Assembly (NCBI GenBank): GCA_963828465.1 | Contig: CAWHEU010000029.1 | Span: 26,825 to 90,824 of the forward strand | Length of the DNA stretch: 64,000 nt | Direction of reading: 5' to 3' | Source: an uncultured Acidobacteriota bacterium | GTDB taxonomy: Bacteria; Actinomycetota; Acidimicrobiia; Spongiisociales; ZC4RG35 | Part shown: piece by piece, positions 62,457 through 64,000 of the stretch | How the letters are laid out: each line of letters begins with the position of its first letter | How positions within the stretch are numbered: the stretch's first letter is position 1 | Program-made: the position numbers and the translations under genes | The notes under the pieces: generated by a model | What the model was told of the DNA's origin: nothing | The model's input: the letters and a program-made list of their open reading frames with translations, nothing else | The model's database searches: none

Positions 62457-62833
62457 CAGTCGTGCTCCCCCACAGCGATCGCCATCACCAGGGCGCTGGT
62501 ATCGGTGTGGGTGATCGTGACCATGACCTCGGTGACGCCGAGTGTCTCTGCCCGACGCAGCGCATTGCCAGACATCCGGACGGTGGGCTTACCTCCGCCC
62601 GTGATCTCGATGTCCGTCCAGCGGATGCGGCGCCATCCGGTCCCCATCGACTTCATCACGGCCTCCTTGCCGGCAAACCGGGCGGCGAATCGCCGGGCCG
62701 GACTGGCGAAGCGGAAGGCGTACTCCCTCTCGTGGTCGGTAAAGCATCGCTCGGCGAACCGGGGGTATTTGCCGAGGACGCGCTCGACCCGGTCCACATC
62801 GGCGAGATCGACCCCGAGACCGATGATCCGCAT
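62456..62833 (-). CDS. acpS: Holo-ACP synthase
   Basis: IIGLGVDL, FAARFAGKEAVMKSMGTG and ITHT. Confidence 0.93.
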   Translation of the reverse strand: MRIIGLGVDLADVDRVERVLGKYPRFAERCFTDHEREYAFRFASPARRFAARFAGKEAVMKSMGTGWRRIRWTDIEITGGGKPTVRMSGNALRRAETLGVTEVMVTITHTDTSALVMAIAVGEHD

Positions 62834-62834
62834 C

Positions 62835-63952
62835 TCAGGGCCGGCCGAACACTGACCTGATCTCGGTCACGACCCGATCCCTCTGCGATTCCGTCAGGGA
62901 CGAGCCGCTGGGTATGCACAAGCCATGCTCGAAGAGCCGTTGCGAGACGGCGCCTCCAAAGACCTCGCAATCGGCGAAGACCGGCTGGAGGTGCATCGGC
63001 TTCCACACCGGCCTTGCCTCGATGTCGAGCGACTCGAGATGGAGCCTCACCGCCTCCCGATCGACGCCGGCGAGCGCCGGATCGATGGTGAAGGTCGTGA
63101 GCCAGAACGTGGACCGGTTGCCGGCAGCCTCCGGCATGAACTCGATTCCAGGTAGGTCGCCGAGCGCCTCCCTGTAGAAGTTGTTGTGCGCTCGCCTGAT
63201 GTCGACCCGTCGCTTCAGATCGGAGAGCTGGGACCGGCCCAGAGCGGCGAGAAGATTGGAGAGCCGGTAGTTGTAGCCGATGCTCGAGTGTTGGTAGTGG
63301 GGTGCCGGGTCCCGGGCCTGGGTCGATAGCCAGCGCGCCTTGTCCGCCCATTCCGCGTCGTCGGTGACCATCGCCCCACCCCCACTGGTGGTGATGATCT
63401 TGTTCCCATTGAAGGAGAGGGCCGCCATCGCCCCGAAGCTGCCGGCAGGCTCTCCTTTGTGGGTGGCCCCGAGCGCCTCGGCGGCGTCGGAGACCAGCGG
63501 CACCCCGTGTCTGGCGAGAAGCGGCACGATGGCGGAGTAGTCGGCGCACTGCCCGTAGATGTCGACCGGGATGCAAACCGCGTAGTCGCCGGAGTCCGAG
63601 AGCCTCGGCCAGCAAATCCGGATCCATGTTCCAGCTCTCCGGGGTGCTGTCGATCAAGGACCGGCCTCGCCCCGACATAGCGGATCGCATTGAGGGTGGC
63701 CGAGAAGGTCAGGCTGGAGACCAGAACCCGATCGCCCTCCCCGACACCGAGCAGGAGCATGGCGAGATGAAGGGCGGCCGTGCCGCTGGAGAGGGCAACG
63801 CCGTGGGACCGATTGGTAACGGTCGCCAACTCGGCCTCGAAGGCGTCGACCTCGGGCCCGAGCGGGGCGATCCAACCCCCTTCGAAGGCACGATTGAGGG
63901 CAGCCTGGTCGGTCAGTCCGGTGTCAGGTGGGGACAGATAGATGCGGCTCAT
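62835..63952 (-). CDS. DegT/DnrJ/EryC1/StrS sugar aminotransferase; two frameshifts near 63658 and 63597
   Basis: RIYLSPP, SSGTAALHL / SWNMDP / VDIYGQCAD, DAAEALG, SFNGNKIITTSGGG and RPVWKPMH. Confidence 0.88.
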
Positions 63953-64000
63953 CGAATGAGATGAGGGTACCGGGGGATCGAGCGGTCAGAACGGGAGTTC

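Overview
A high-GC bacterial chromosomal segment. Gene content and order (tuf-rpmG-MaoC-tRNA-Trp-secE-nusG-rplKA, rplJL, acpS-nnr-alr-tsaEB-rimI-tsaD-groES-groEL, F420-type enzymes, many leaderless genes) point to Actinomycetota, probably Acidimicrobiia-like (inference). It holds about 60 mostly housekeeping or metabolic CDSs, five tRNAs including tRNA-Sec, L10 and L1 leader elements, two CIRCE operators and several intrinsic terminators. I found no CRISPR array, integrase or transposase. At least 11 single-base indels break otherwise intact genes, including rplA, which suggests an error-prone long-read assembly. The most interesting signals are: (1) a very divergent, apparently roofless GroES-like protein upstream of hflX; (2) an independently transcribed ~230-nt minus-strand RNA with a 16-nt near-perfect match to the 16S rRNA 3' end, a 13-aa uORF and alternative SD-sequestering pairings; (3) a ~210-nt rod-shaped 6S/Ms1-like RNA between rplA and rplJ; (4) an extreme G/T third-position skew confined to tuf; (5) an Nfu_N-like/FNR fusion; (6) tandem secreted S8 proteases flanking a possible inhibitor lipoprotein. 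All family assignments come from motif recognition by eye; no database searches were run.
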